Shown here one piece after another: positions 36,714-49,330 of a stretch of 64,000 nt of DNA. Every line of letters begins with the position of its first letter. The stretch's first letter is position 1. The stretch comes from Selaginella moellendorffii (taxonomy: Eukaryota; Plantae; Lycopodiophyta): the NCBI RefSeq assembly GCF_000143415.4, contig NW_003314277.1:1873185-1937184 (forward strand). Direction: 5' to 3'. The notes beneath the pieces are model-generated. The model searched no databases and had not been told where the DNA came from. It saw only the letters and a list, made by a program, of their open reading frames with translations. The translations under genes were made by a program, and so were the position numbers.

Positions 36714-37002
36714 CATGCTTTATTTCGTTAAAGTGGAACTTATTCAGTAAAGTGGGACATTAATTAGCATGTGTCCACATGCCATTTCCTAGTACTTAAT
36801 TAATATTTATTAATATTTCTATCAGTTTTTTAATTTATTTTTTATATTTCACAATATTATAACACAAAATCATATGAAAAGTTTTTAATTTATAAATTAT
36901 AAAGCTAAAACTTCAATTTTTTATTGTTGTTATAAAAATGGCATGTGGCCACACACCATAAGTGGGATAATGAAAAGTTCCACTTTAACGAAATAAAGCA
37001 TT
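36714..37002. mobile_element. MITE nested in the retrotransposon integrase; 27-bp perfect TIR core, 4-bp TSD TAGC
   Basis: atgctttatttcgttaaagtggaactt pairs with aagttccactttaacgaaataaagcat. Removing the element and one TAGC restores the frame QKLRYNSYHCPPVEYKVDDLVLV. Confidence 0.85.
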
Positions 37003-40000
37003 TAGCGCAGTTTTTGTCCCACTTGTACGCGGCTTAAGTGTTCGGCAGACTTTGCTTAGATAAGTGGAAGAATGCTCGTTAAATATTAATCCCAAGACCT
37101 AGGATCAGGAGCTCGTGGCAATCGCAAAGGTAAACCCAGTTCCGTTGGTAATATTAGATCATGACCATATAAGAGTTTATATGGTGAATCACCAACAGAA
37201 CTCTACACCTCTGTGATATAGGCATACCGAAGAAACGGCAAATAACTATCCCAATCCGAATGTTGAAAGTTCACATACTTTGCAATCATCCCTTTGAATG
37301 TCCGAATGAGCCATTCTACCAGACCGTCTGATTATGGATGATAAGCACTTGTGAAAGTGTGGCGTATCCCCAACCAAAACGTTAAAACATGAAATGCCTT
37401 AGCTATAAATGTGGGACCATTATCTGAAAGAATCCGCTTTGGACAAGAATGCTAGAACACCACTCGATTGAGGAGGAAGTATCCAACAACAGTTGCAGAA
37501 GCATTAGCAAGAGCACCAATTTCCACCCAATAAGTTAAGTAATCAGAACCAATAATAACATACTCATTGCCAGCAGTCGACCATGGAAAAGGTCCCATAA
37601 GATCAAACGTTATCAACTCAAATGGACAGGAAATTGCAATTGACTCTAACCGTCCTTCCGCAGCACGAGGGAGAGTATTACGAGCTTGGCACCAAACGTA
37701 GCTACACACATACTGGATAGTATCACGTTGCATCTTCAGCCAATAGAAAGACCTGTGCAACTTCTTTGTCACACAACAATGTCCCATATGCCCACATAAA
37801 ATAGGAGAATCATGGTAGGCATGGAGAAATGGCAAGATAAAGATAGAAGGCACCACCAGCCGTAAATGATCATCAGGATCCGTCCCCACAAAATAAAAAA
37901 GGCTATCTTCAAAGCGATATTAAAAATGTAAATGTCGGAAAGGCAAGTTATCAGCAAGTGATGCAGGATTCTCAAATGCATCTCGAAGCCTTCAAATCCA
38001 CAGCTCAATCTTTTGAGCCTCGCAAACCTCATCAAGAGAAGGTAGATCTTGCGCTGCGCCTTGTGGACATTGAACGTCAAGTACAGCAACTGCCGACGGC
38101 ACAGAATCCTTGTTTAGAAAATCCACAAATGTTGAAACAACAGGCTCGTTAGAAACATGAGAAGAGAGTGGAGAAGGAAAAGGAGCTCAAGAAAGGGCAT
38201 CAGCATCAGCCATAAAACTCTCTGGGCAATAAACAACATCAAAATCATATATCTGAAGCTTCAAAGCCCACTGAGCAGTATGACCAACTAGGTTCTTCCG
38301 CTTCAATAATGAAGTAACGGTAGCATGGTGACCTTCAAGTAACGTCTGAGAACCATGTAAATATGCATGAAGTTTCTCGAAACCCTAAACTACTGCTAAA
38401 CATTCCTTCTCTGTCGTGGAGTAGTTCACCTCTGCTAGTTGTAATGTACAGCTTATATATGCAATGGGATGACGCTGATCAGGCACAGTCGGGCTTTCTT
38501 GCATCAACACACCTCCAAGACCAGTATCAGAAGCATCTACATACAAAATAAAAGGTCGAGTGTAGTCAGGATATGCCAAAACTGGAGGAGTCGTCAACAG
38601 TTCTTTGAGATCCACAAATGCCCGCTCACAATCTGAAGACCAAATGAAAGATGACATTGATGACTTCAGCAACACTTGCAATGGTGCAGTGCAATCAGAA
38701 AGATGATCCACAAAATGACCGAGATACTACACCTTGCCCAGGAAGCGCTGCACATCATTCACACACTTCAGAGTAGGGAACTTTAGAACAGCCACAAGTT
38801 TGTCAGGATCAACTTACAAACCCTCACGAGAAATATAGTACCCAAGATAAGTTGTATCCTTGGACCCAAATACACATTTCGACCGCTTCAACTTTAAACT
38901 AACATCCCGTAGCTGATCCAACACTTTACACACATCACGAATGTGCTCCTCCCATGTCCCCTCCGAGTGAATCAAGACATCATCAATGATGCCAGTACCC
39001 AGAAGCAAGATCTAGCTTGGTGAATCAACGACTTTGCCCCAGACGATCCAAGAGATTAGCAGTGTGAGGAAGAGGGTACACATTTGGGATTGTCACTTCA
39101 TTTAATGGATGATAGTTGATGGAGAAATGAATACTCCCATCAGGTTTTGGCACAAGATGAGGTTCACATGCCCAAGGACTTTGTGACTTCTGAATAACAC
39201 CCTTTTCCAACATCTCCTTAACGTTTGCACATAAAATCTTGATTTCTTTGGGTGACTGATGACAAACAGGAACCTTGATTGGACGAGCATCCCCGGTTGG
39301 AATCGGATGACGTGTGGCAATCTTGGCCCCAGACGATAGGTCAAATTCAAAGAGATCAAAATACTCCTTCATGAGCCGGTCAACTGCTGCAACACAAAAA
39401 CTGTCAGAGGGATCGAAAAAGGGAAAAGCAGAACAAGATGGAAACATAGGAGGAAATAATGGGGGAACAAAAGTAATGGAAGTAGAGGTAGAAGTAGAGG
39501 GACGAAGAGATACAGAAGTGAGAGGAATGGATGAAACATAAAAAAGTATGAGACAAGGGGGAGAAGCCTCAAAGTCATACTTGGCATGATTTCGTTACAA
39601 CCAATCCATACCAAGAATGAGGTCAAAAGCTTAACTCGGCACCACCCATAATGATTGCAACTCAAGCTCAAGATCGCCCACACGCACAACCAGGTCTGCC
39701 TCATCCCATGCACATACATGTGTACGGCCGTTGCCATAAAGAATAAAAACTGGTTCTGCTACATGACGCAAGTGTAGACGGCAACGTGTGGCAACAGGTC
39801 GAGCAATAGAAGATAAACTCGAACCTATATCAACTAACACGGACAGAATAATAGGAGACCTCTTGTTATATACATAAGCTTGGAAAGTAAACACAGGATG
39901 AACTGGTGCCAAGTGAACCCCTTGATGATACTCCCGAAAGAAAGATAGAGGGGTCATTGACTTATTTGCGTAAGGTCCCTCTGTTACTTGTGCAACTCCT

Positions 40001-41137
40001 CATTTCCTGGATGTATCTCAATGTCCAAACCTTCCACTACAGTAGCACCAATAGGACATTACTGACGCTAAGGTCTCCACCCAGGAAATGGAGGTCGCAA
40101 ATCCGGAAAACGCCGATAGCGCTGATAAATATAACGAACTTCATCACACACCCAATAGCAAACATCACAGCCACAACCATGTCCTCGCCCTTATCTTTGG
40201 ACTCAAGCAACAACAACATCAACTTCCATTGGAACAGGACCATCACCCACATGAAGGGGAGCTGAAGAACAGGCAATGAGAAATGGAAGAGGCAACATCT
40301 CATAACGTTGTGACAAGCGAAGAACATCATCAAGGGTGGCGGGAGCAAGTGCATGCACAAGTCCAACAAAATCTTGATGAAGTGTTGGCCATAACATTCC
40401 TAGTTTGATCCACTTCGACATATTTAGCTCCGCACGAAGCAAAATACTTCGGAAACGAACACCAAATTGCATCACCGACTCAGATGGCCTTTGGCGAAGA
40501 CAATCCAATTGTTGGGAGGCATCATCACAGTTGTCGGCATGTCCAAAGGCGCATTTGAAGACATCCAAAAGAACACTCCAATCCCCACGAGTGGTTGTGC
40601 TCAGACTATTGTATCATTGCAACGCTGTCCCTTGGAGACACGTGGGAAACTCACGTAAACGTCGAGCATCATCCCAAGAATGATATATGGCAATCACCGT
40701 GAAGTGATCGAACTAATGGTACACATCATCCCCAGGATTCCCACAAAAAAACTCCGGCCAAACACGAGGATTAGCACCAAGAGCAAAAAGAGTTGTACCA
40801 CGTGCCGCCATCAACTGAGTTTGGTTGTTTAATTGCAAGCACATAGCATCAAGCAATTGTACCAACTACTGCTCCAGAGTCAAAGGAGGAGATTGCTGAT
40901 CTGCCATGAAGATGGACGAAGAAAGAGCAAAAGAAGAGAAACGACAAAAAGTGAGAAGGAAATGGGAAATCTAGACAATGCAGAAAGCTAGATCTAAACC
41001 AAAATCCTGAAAAGGAAGAACAAAAGAAAAGAAATGGAAAAAACTAAATTTAGACGATACAAAAGCTAGATCTAAACCAAAATCCTAAATTCAAGCACTC
41101 CTCAGAAATAATCAAAGGTGCCCCTCATGTTCACCAA

Positions 41138-41315
41138 TGTGAGTGCTTGGAATATGAAAAAGGAATACAGAAAATGTACATATCAATTAGCTCAAAAACC
41201 TTAACTTATATACAGGAGTAAGTGGTCTGAATTGAAACCAATTTGACGGCTACCAAAATCCCACTATGCGAATATTATATACAGCATTGTAGCTGTACAC
41301 TTGGCCCTCACATCA
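41138..41315 (-). repeat. 5' LTR
   Basis: Diverged copy of 36189-36358. Confidence 0.9.
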
Positions 41316-41461
41316 TGTTTATAATTATAAACTTTTATTTGATCAATTAAATTAATAAATAAAAATATTAAGCAAACCAATCTTACATGTAGCAAATTAT
41401 TTCCGTCTTCCTTTTCTGTTTTTTGCTTTGTTCATTGATTTCTTCCTGTCCTGCTCAATAA

Positions 41462-41788
41462 TTTTCTAACGGGAGCATCTTCTATATGCCTCGACGTTTT
41501 GGAAGTGTCCGAGGATGACTACGACCGATGCTCCAGCGCCTCGCCGATCCAGTCTTTCAACAACGGTGACACTTTGATCGCAATGACCAGGCCCGGATCA
41601 TGGTACTTCTTCTGCGGCTTTCCAAATCACTGCCCCAAAATGGCAGTGGCACCACTCCGCCATCGTCAAGCTCCAGCTCCAGCAGTGCCGCCGGCAGTAG
41701 CATCTCGAGAAAAGATTTGGAAACTCTCACGGCAGCAGCAGCAATAGCAGGAATTTCGATCTTGCTCTTCATCGTTTCAATGATCTAA
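41462..41788 (+). pseudogene. Truncated, frameshifted copy of stellacyanin exon 2
   Basis: Near-identical to 32535-32935 (EVSEDDYDRCSSASPIQSFNNGDT). Has deletions, and exon 1 is missing. Confidence 0.9.
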
Positions 41789-41916
41789 GCTTCTAAAGAT
41801 TTTACTAATTCTAATCTTCAATCAATCTTGACGATTAAGTTGGGAGCAAGAACCACTGAAGATGTTCCTCATTTAAGGAGCGAGACATTTTCTTCACAAG
41901 GTTGCTCCAACTCTTC

Positions 41917-42685
41917 CTATACTATCTCCTTGATCGTCGACTGTAGCTGATACAGATCAAACTCTTCCTGCACCAGCTCCTTGATCGTCGACTGGAGCTG
42001 ATACAGATCAAACGTGAGTACAGTCTGGAACATCGCTGGAAAGCATGCTGAACAGGAACCGCACCAAGAAATCCTCCTGCAAATGCTAGGACTAAAATCT
42101 ATAATCTGTGTACCTTTGCCAGCTTCCTCCTGCACCCACAACAGTTGCAGAGGGTGGCATACGAGATTTGTATCCCGATTGCGAGCTGACAGCCCGAGCG
42201 AACCCAGTGTTTAAGTTCCCTGACGAATACCTCAAAAGGCTCGTTCTTGTAGGCCACTTCAAACTACTCAACTTGAGTTACTCAAGGGAATGGATGCTTC
42301 TGCGAGGTCGTGGAGAAAGAGGCGTCTGGCTCTTTTCTCCCGTTAACAAGCGCAAACCTAGATGATCTCAGGACCCGGACGAAGGAGCGGATGTCCAGCT
42401 CGGGGCTCGTGAGCATCAAGTACCTCTCCACTTGCTGTCCATAACTTGTGAAAGAACCACTGCTTCGTCTCGTCGTGGACGTTACTGGGATCGCCAAATA
42501 TGTAGACACTGCCAACGCCGGAGCCCGCTTCTCCCTCGAGGAAGGCCAGCCTCCAGCAGTCTTCAAAGTTGGAACTCCATTTCTCAAAGCTAAAGTAGAA
42601 TACATCGTCTGTCACTAGAAAAGCGCCCTTCCCTGTGCCTGAGCACTCTTTATACGAACTCGCCGCCTTCTCCAGGCCACGATCA
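41917..42685 (-). pseudogene. Frameshifted copy of the Uma2-like nuclease gene
   Basis: Collinear with 33098-33895 with several indels. The start codon region is lost. Confidence 0.9.
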
Positions 42686-44094
42686 ATTCAGAGTCAACAT
42701 TCAGCCCTTTGAACTTCATCCAGTTTCGAAAGTGGTAGGGGGTTTGAGGTCATCAGGGTCCGCGCAGGACATCGGACCTGACACTTCAAAAAACTTGGAG
42801 TAATAATTCTAACATGCTCAAGAGTTAATTGTAAAGTCAAGTTGCTTGTCATAAAATGTAGCCTGAAAAGTAAGCATAGCCTTAAGTTCCCTAGCATCAT
42901 GTTTCCTGTCAGCTCCCAACTTCAATTTGAACTCAATGTTGTCCAAGATTCTTGGATGCTTCTTCCCCATTGGGTGGTACACTCAAATTTTAACAAGTGA
43001 CTCAGGGCTGATATTCCACAAATAGTACTGGAATTTTGGTTCATGTTATTCACCTTGCAGCCACCACTCAAAATCTCTATTACATAGAACCATAAGCACG
43101 TGTTAATTCTTTGTTTGCTGTATCTGTCAGGTTGATGATCACAATTTTGGTTTGATTCTTTTTTGTTGTGGTGAAGTCTTGCAAGATTTTGGAGATTCGT
43201 TTTGAACAGAAAGTATCTCCTCACATTGTCAATTATGTGCTATCGAAAAATGATGCATTGGAATTTACTTCTCATGGCAACTGCAAGTAAGAATTCTCAA
43301 AAACATTTCTCATTAATGGGTGAAATTCTTTCGAGTAATTTGTTTTTTTTCTCGACTATCAAAATTTTTAGTATCCCATGCATGTTTTTAAAACACAAGA
43401 TGTGTCACCTCAATTATATGGTGGCAACTGATTTTCTTACTTTCTTTGACTTGCTTCTTTAGTTTCAAAAATCTATATGTTCAGTTCAAAGGTTAAAAAT
43501 CTCTTTACAGTTTTTGAAAAAAAAGAAGCTACAATATATTTTTTATGTTTCAATATTTTTATTTATTAAAATATCTATAATGCTTAAATGTAATTTGTTG
43601 GGTGTAGACAGCTATAAGAACTTGAAGGTCCTATAAAACCATTGATATAATAGTTGACAACTATAATAAAAACCTAAACCTATAAATCAAGAAAATATGG
43701 AACTAAAGCTAAGGACAGACAATATTGGCCATTGTACTCCATGAAACACTGTATAGCAAATGATAAACTTATTTCTAAGTCTTCCCTCTGTTTAACTTCC
43801 AAGATCAATATTAACTCAGACTTATAACTATTAATCAAATATAAAAAGTTTGGTTTTTGACTTCGTTTAGGCACATTAGAGGTCAGATTCATCATATCCT
43901 CTCCACAAAGGAAAAAAAAACTTTGAGAATAAGAAAACACTTTAACAATAACAATGAAATAAAAAATTTCAATAGCACTCACAAACAAAAGAATCATTGA
44001 AAATTGATTCAATTCAAAATATTAGAAAAATTTTCTATGTGTTGCATGTAGTAATGTTTGGTTTGTTTAATAGTAGTTTATTTTTACTTATGAA

Positions 44095-44240
44095 TCTCAT
44101 TGATCAAATAAAAGTTTATAATATAGAAAAACAAGATAAATCTTATTTCATATCAACCATTAGATGGTAGAATAAAAAAGAATATACTAGAAAGTGTTTA
44201 AGAAAGTTTATAAATTATAAACATGTTTATAAATAATAAA
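44095..44240 (-). repeat. Uninterrupted inverted copy of the AT-rich repeat that flanks the Gypsy element
   Basis: Its reverse complement matches 36080-36180 joined to 41320-41345. Confidence 0.6.
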
Positions 44241-45905
44241 AATATTTATAAATTATAAATACAAGATAAATATAAATGAATAGCAACCATTAAAGGAAAC
44301 ATAAGAATACTTAAAACTAAAAATCAATAATTCTGCATAAGATATAATGCAAAATTCTCAGTGAGACATACACTTTTAAAATTCAAATCAATTTGAAGAG
44401 TATAATAAACACTGAACTGATTTAAGAATAAAACTTATAAGATTCAGAAGTAATTAACATGTCAAAAGAAGAAAATACTATAGATGAGAGGGGAAATAAA
44501 GAAAAAATGTTATGATGTAAAAAAGGGTAAGAAAAAGGGCAGTATTTCAAATTTTAAAGATTACCTATCTTATGAAATATCCAACTCATTTTCATGTTAT
44601 CTGTAAAGTTATTCTTGAAATAATGAAATTCCTCATCATTAGAAATCCCCTTAAGCTTATAAACATCATCCTGACTCGATACTTAATCATCCTCCAAGAA
44701 CCAAATTATATAATCCATAACTCTTTAATTGAAATTATGCTCTATAACAATAAAGATAGCAACACACCAAGAATATTAAAAATTTATAATTTAAATGCCA
44801 TAAAAAATCAATAACAACACATCAAAGGGTGTAACACCACCAAAATCAAGCCCAATACCAGTAAAGCTTAAACTGGAGAAAAAAAAGTAGGAGGAATAAT
44901 GTTGTTGGATCAAAACAATAACACATCATCAATAACCTTCAATAATACACTCTTCAATCTAGAATAAGATGGCATGATAAAAAGAACAAATGTAATGAAA
45001 GCTTGAAAAGAAGACAAAAATAGAGAAGTTGTAAATGACTGGTGGTCTCACTCCATTTGAATTAGACTATTATTAGTGCATTAGCTCTATAATATCAATT
45101 ATGTAGACAATATGGAAAAGCTAAATTTCATGGAAAGAACGGGAGAATAAATAAAGTAGAAAATTCTTGAATACAGCCAAGGATCTTGTCAAAAAGTTTT
45201 ATCCCTCACTTCTACTTATATGGGAATATAAAAATATTAAAAGGTTTAGAAAGAGTAATTTTATAATCATTGTTGGGAGTATCAATCAGCATATCAATTT
45301 TATATCACATGTTGCCACCTTTAACTAAATAATTGTATTGATCCTTAACTTTTCTAAACTAATCTTCCTCCATAACTATTGATACAATTACAGTCTATAC
45401 ATATGTATATATAGACTTTACAGATATAATTTTCTAAGATAATAATTTTTTTAATTATTACTTCAAATGTTTTATTATACCAAATAAAACAATTAATTCA
45501 TTATAATACAATATCACTTTATAAGTTATATTTATTCTACCAAAGAACCAAAAATGTTCTTGTTGTAATCTTAGTAAGTAGCACAACTCGTTTAATCATT
45601 TGTAGGTTTATATAGTTTATATAAAATAATAAATTATTATTTTTAAGATAGTGTATGTAAATTATTATATGTAATATAGTGTATGTAAAAAATGGATAAT
45701 AAAAATATTTATGGCCTAAAATAGTAATGAAAAACATATTAAAAAATCATATATTATAGCTTAAATTTGTTTTCTTTGTAGTTATGGTTAAGAATTTAAC
45801 TGATATAGTACTATAATTTAAAGTAAAACTTTAAAATATTTTTAGAAAATATATATTAATATAATTTTATCTCAAAGAATTTTTTATAATGTGATTAATA
45901 AACTA

Positions 45906-46257
45906 ATATATGTATATATGTATATATGTATATATATATATGTATATATGTATATGTATATATGTATATATGTATATATATATATATGTATATATGTATA
46001 TGTATATATGTATATATATATATGTATATATGTATATATATATATGTATATATGTATATGTATATATGTATATATATATATGTATATGTATATATATATA
46101 TATGTATATATGTATATATATGTATATGTATATATGTATATATATGTATATGTATATATATGTATATGTATATGTATATATATGTATATGTATATATATG
46201 TATATATATGTATATGTATATATATGTATATATATGTATATATATGTATATGTATAT
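45906..46257. repeat. (TA)n/(TATG) compound microsatellite
   Basis: Direct inspection. Confidence 0.98.
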
Positions 46258-46357
46258 NNNNNNNNNNNNNNNNNNNNNNNNNNNNNNNNNNNNNNNNNNN
46301 NNNNNNNNNNNNNNNNNNNNNNNNNNNNNNNNNNNNNNNNNNNNNNNNNNNNNNNNN
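46258..46357. other. Assembly gap of 100 N
   Basis: N run next to the microsatellite. True length unknown. Confidence 0.99.
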
Positions 46358-46589
46358 TCTATTTTTGAGTTGTGAATTATTAGATTTTTGATTAAATTAT
46401 TTATTTTTATATTAATAAAATATTGTTTTTGATCCAAATCAAAACAAAAGCTTTATTTTTCTTTCCAAATTGTTTTATCAGAGAAAAGACACTAAAATGT
46501 TTAAGATTTTAGCTAGAACTTCAAAATCTGATGTAAATGCAGCAAACTATATCTTTCTTTAAAAACTTTCCTCTACATGGTGAGTTGCA

Positions 46590-47410
46590 AGTTTTCCTGT
46601 TTTCTGGGGCCAGCTGAATCATGAATTCGCGTCAGAACTTTGGAACTTCCCGGTGTGTGAGGCCGAAGATGATCATCAACTATGAAGAAGCAGCAGCCAC
46701 ACTTGACAGTAACCGCCACTGTGACGAACGAGAATCCCACCATCAATTCACCACTGTGGTGAATTGATGGTGGTGGGATTATCGTTCGTCGCACTTTGGG
46801 AGCTGTTCAAGCAACTGAGTTTGTACTCAGGGTTTAGTCCAAGTTTGGACTTCCATGACCTTCCTTCTAGAGAAAGAGATTTCTCTCTTTTCCTTGTCTC
46901 GTTTCCATTGTCTAGTTTCCAGGTTGATACAAAGCCGATTGCTTTTGACTGTTTTCACGCAGCTTTTCCATCCCTTCAAATCTTTTCCTTTGTTGGTTTC
47001 TTTTCTTCTGTCCCTCTGCGAGTCTTCTCTACTTTTTCTCCTTTTCTGGTTGGTCCAAGGTCGAGATTTTTCTAGCGAGAGCATCTTCTATCCATGCAGA
47101 GTTTTAAGTACAACAGCCAACAGCACGTCGTTTTGGAAGTTTCCGAGGAGGAATTACGAACGGATGCCCGATCTAGTCTCTCACTAAACTTTGATCGCAA
47201 TGACCAGGCCCGGATCATTCCTCTGCGGCTTTCCAAATCACAATCTCTCCATCAATGTAACCTGTAACATAACAATGCCCAAAATGCATCGGTCACGGGC
47301 AGTGCCACCATTGAGCCACCATCGTCAGGCTCTAGCTCCAGCATCTCGAGAAGAAATCTGGAATTCTCTTCCTTTCCACAGGAATTTTGATCTTACTCTT
47401 TGTCTTTTCG
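46590..47410 (+). pseudogene. Third, heavily decayed stellacyanin copy with an internal fold-back and an inserted segment
   Basis: Matches to the 5' region (tatgaagaagcagcag; tgggagctgttcaagcaactgagtttgta) and to exon 2 (aagtacaacagccaac; gatcgcaatgaccaggcccggatca). Confidence 0.8.
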
Positions 47411-49330
47411 ATGCGAGCGAGCTTTTTCTCCGGTCAAAAAAGTTCTTCCAGTTGAATTCAATGCCCGCTAGTGGCCAAATTCAATACGAGCCGTCGATTC
47501 CAAATCCCAGGCAGCGGTATTAATCCGCGTCCGTCCATCTTTTCTTTTTTTCCTTTTACACCACTGTCACAGACTCGCATGGCCACCCATTTTAAATGCA
47601 CTTCAAGTCTACTCCAGGGTAATTTCATTCACACACAACTTACCTCCACCAGTAGTATCACCTTTACTTTACCCCTCGCATGTCAGAAACTGACGTGTCT
47701 CTGCGCAGCCCCAGGGAGAATAATCTAAACTTCTGGAGAATATGCCATGATCTTGGCTGGATGGCCCCACTGACAACAAACAAACGCGACGCGAGATATT
47801 CGCTCTAACTGATCGATTTTTGACTGGAGCTGTGAATCCAAATCCAATCGACGATCGATTTCGTTTCGTCCAATTCAATGCTCCAGGTAACAAGTAGCAA
47901 GGACGAATGCATGCACTTTGACGGTCAAGTCAATCCCTTCAACGTTGGGTTTGACCGGGCTGGAACCCTAGCATTTTTCCTGGGGTGTCTTTTGTTTGCT
48001 TGTGCGCAGTGATTTCCAGCGAGCAGGGAGAGACAGTGGGGAGCGATCAGAGAGATGGCGATTGGGATTGATTTGTGCGGAGATTTAAGTAGCAACGCAA
48101 CAACGTTTGGGTCTTTTTGTTTGAATTTGAGAGGGTGGTCGTTGTCCCAGAATCAACCAGTAGGCTTTGCAGCGTTCTGATATTTAAGAAAAACAAAATA
48201 GGGTTCCAGAGGGTGGCAGGCAATGCGCTGCACGTAATCTAGGCCACAACGCCCATGCAGGAGGAGGTAAGATATAGGGTTCCATTCGTTCGTCGTCTAC
48301 ATAGACTAGAACTCTCTTTTGATTTGTTTGTTCTTGTTTTTTAAGCATTAATTCCCTCTCTTTTTTCGAGCTCCAAGGTTTTTATTTGGCGCACTCTCTC
48401 AGGAGCAAAGAGTACCTCCACATGATATGTCTCATCATCGATATCTACTTCCCAATTGGACGGACTTTTATCTAGGGTTTTATGATATTAGGATAAAGCG
48501 ATGGTTAAAGGGGATTAGGTGTGACCACCTGATTAGCGCGATAATCGGCCAACTGCGCATTGCATTTAATGTCCTTGGTTGGCGAATTTTTATTTAATTT
48601 TTTACCGCACCAGGTCACCATTCTATCTGTTGACACCGCCATGGTCAGCCGAGCACGTAAAAACAGAGCGGGGTAAGAGAAAACAAGCGTATTTACTCGG
48701 CCCAGGTCCAATAAAACAGAGCAAGTCAATCCTTGAACGCCCCACAACAATCTTCTTTTTACCTCTCGCAACGCTGATAGTATAGTAAAAACTGGAAAGG
48801 TAGTTTTCGATCCCACTCCGTGAATCGTGGGATTGCTTGGAAGCGTTCGATTGATATTCCAAGCATTTTTTTTTTAACCTTGAGTTGAATTCTTTCCTTC
48901 TCTCTTGCGCTACGCTGCTGGTATTTCTAGACATGGGACGAATCATTTGGTCTTCCATTCCACTTTGACAAAGAAATTCTCATTCTCTTGCTTGATCTTC
49001 TCTCTTCTTCGCGATTTTGACTATCTTCGTCTTCTTCGATTCTTCTTATCGCCTTCTCTCGCCCACGCTTGTTCTTCCTCATTGTCGTTTTGGTCTTGGA
49101 TCCCTTGAAAGCGCCAAAGCCCCATTTCTAGCTTCCGACACAAATTGCTCACGAACCGCTCGCCAATTGCGAGATCGCACGCGCGTTCCGGGCACCCTCT
49201 TCGCCGCTCTCTCGCCGCGCGCTCCTCTCGCCATCGCCCAGATTCGAGAGAATTGACCCACCATTCCAATCCAGACTCACGGCTTCGTCCCACCTCGATC
49301 CTCGAGTGTTTCCGCGTCTAATCCTTGGCC

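Larger units (their letters stand above)
36189..41315 (-). mobile_element. Decayed Ty3/Gypsy LTR retrotransposon
   Basis: LTRs at 36189-36358 and 41138-41315 (TG...CA). Internal order is gag (~40200-40900), protease VLVDIGSS, RT (SPWACEPHLVPKPDGS; IIDDVLIHS), RNase H (LYVDASDTGLGGVL), integrase (DLMGPFP; SDNGPTF) and a GPY/F tail. PBS-like TGGTG follows the 5' LTR and PPT gagaagagagga precedes the 3' LTR. Many stops and frameshifts. Confidence 0.93.

Noticed and set aside
42700-45850. Short ORFs in AT-rich DNA
   Set aside because: Low-complexity composition with no motifs. Probably decayed repeats that I cannot classify.
45891-46437. Four 149-180 aa ORFs rich in Y/I/M/C
   Set aside because: They are translations of the TA/TATG microsatellite and the N gap.
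48505-49293. Minus-strand ORFs of 61-111 aa upstream of the SCPL gene
   Set aside because: No recognisable domain or consistent exon chain. More likely SCPL promoter or 5' UTR.
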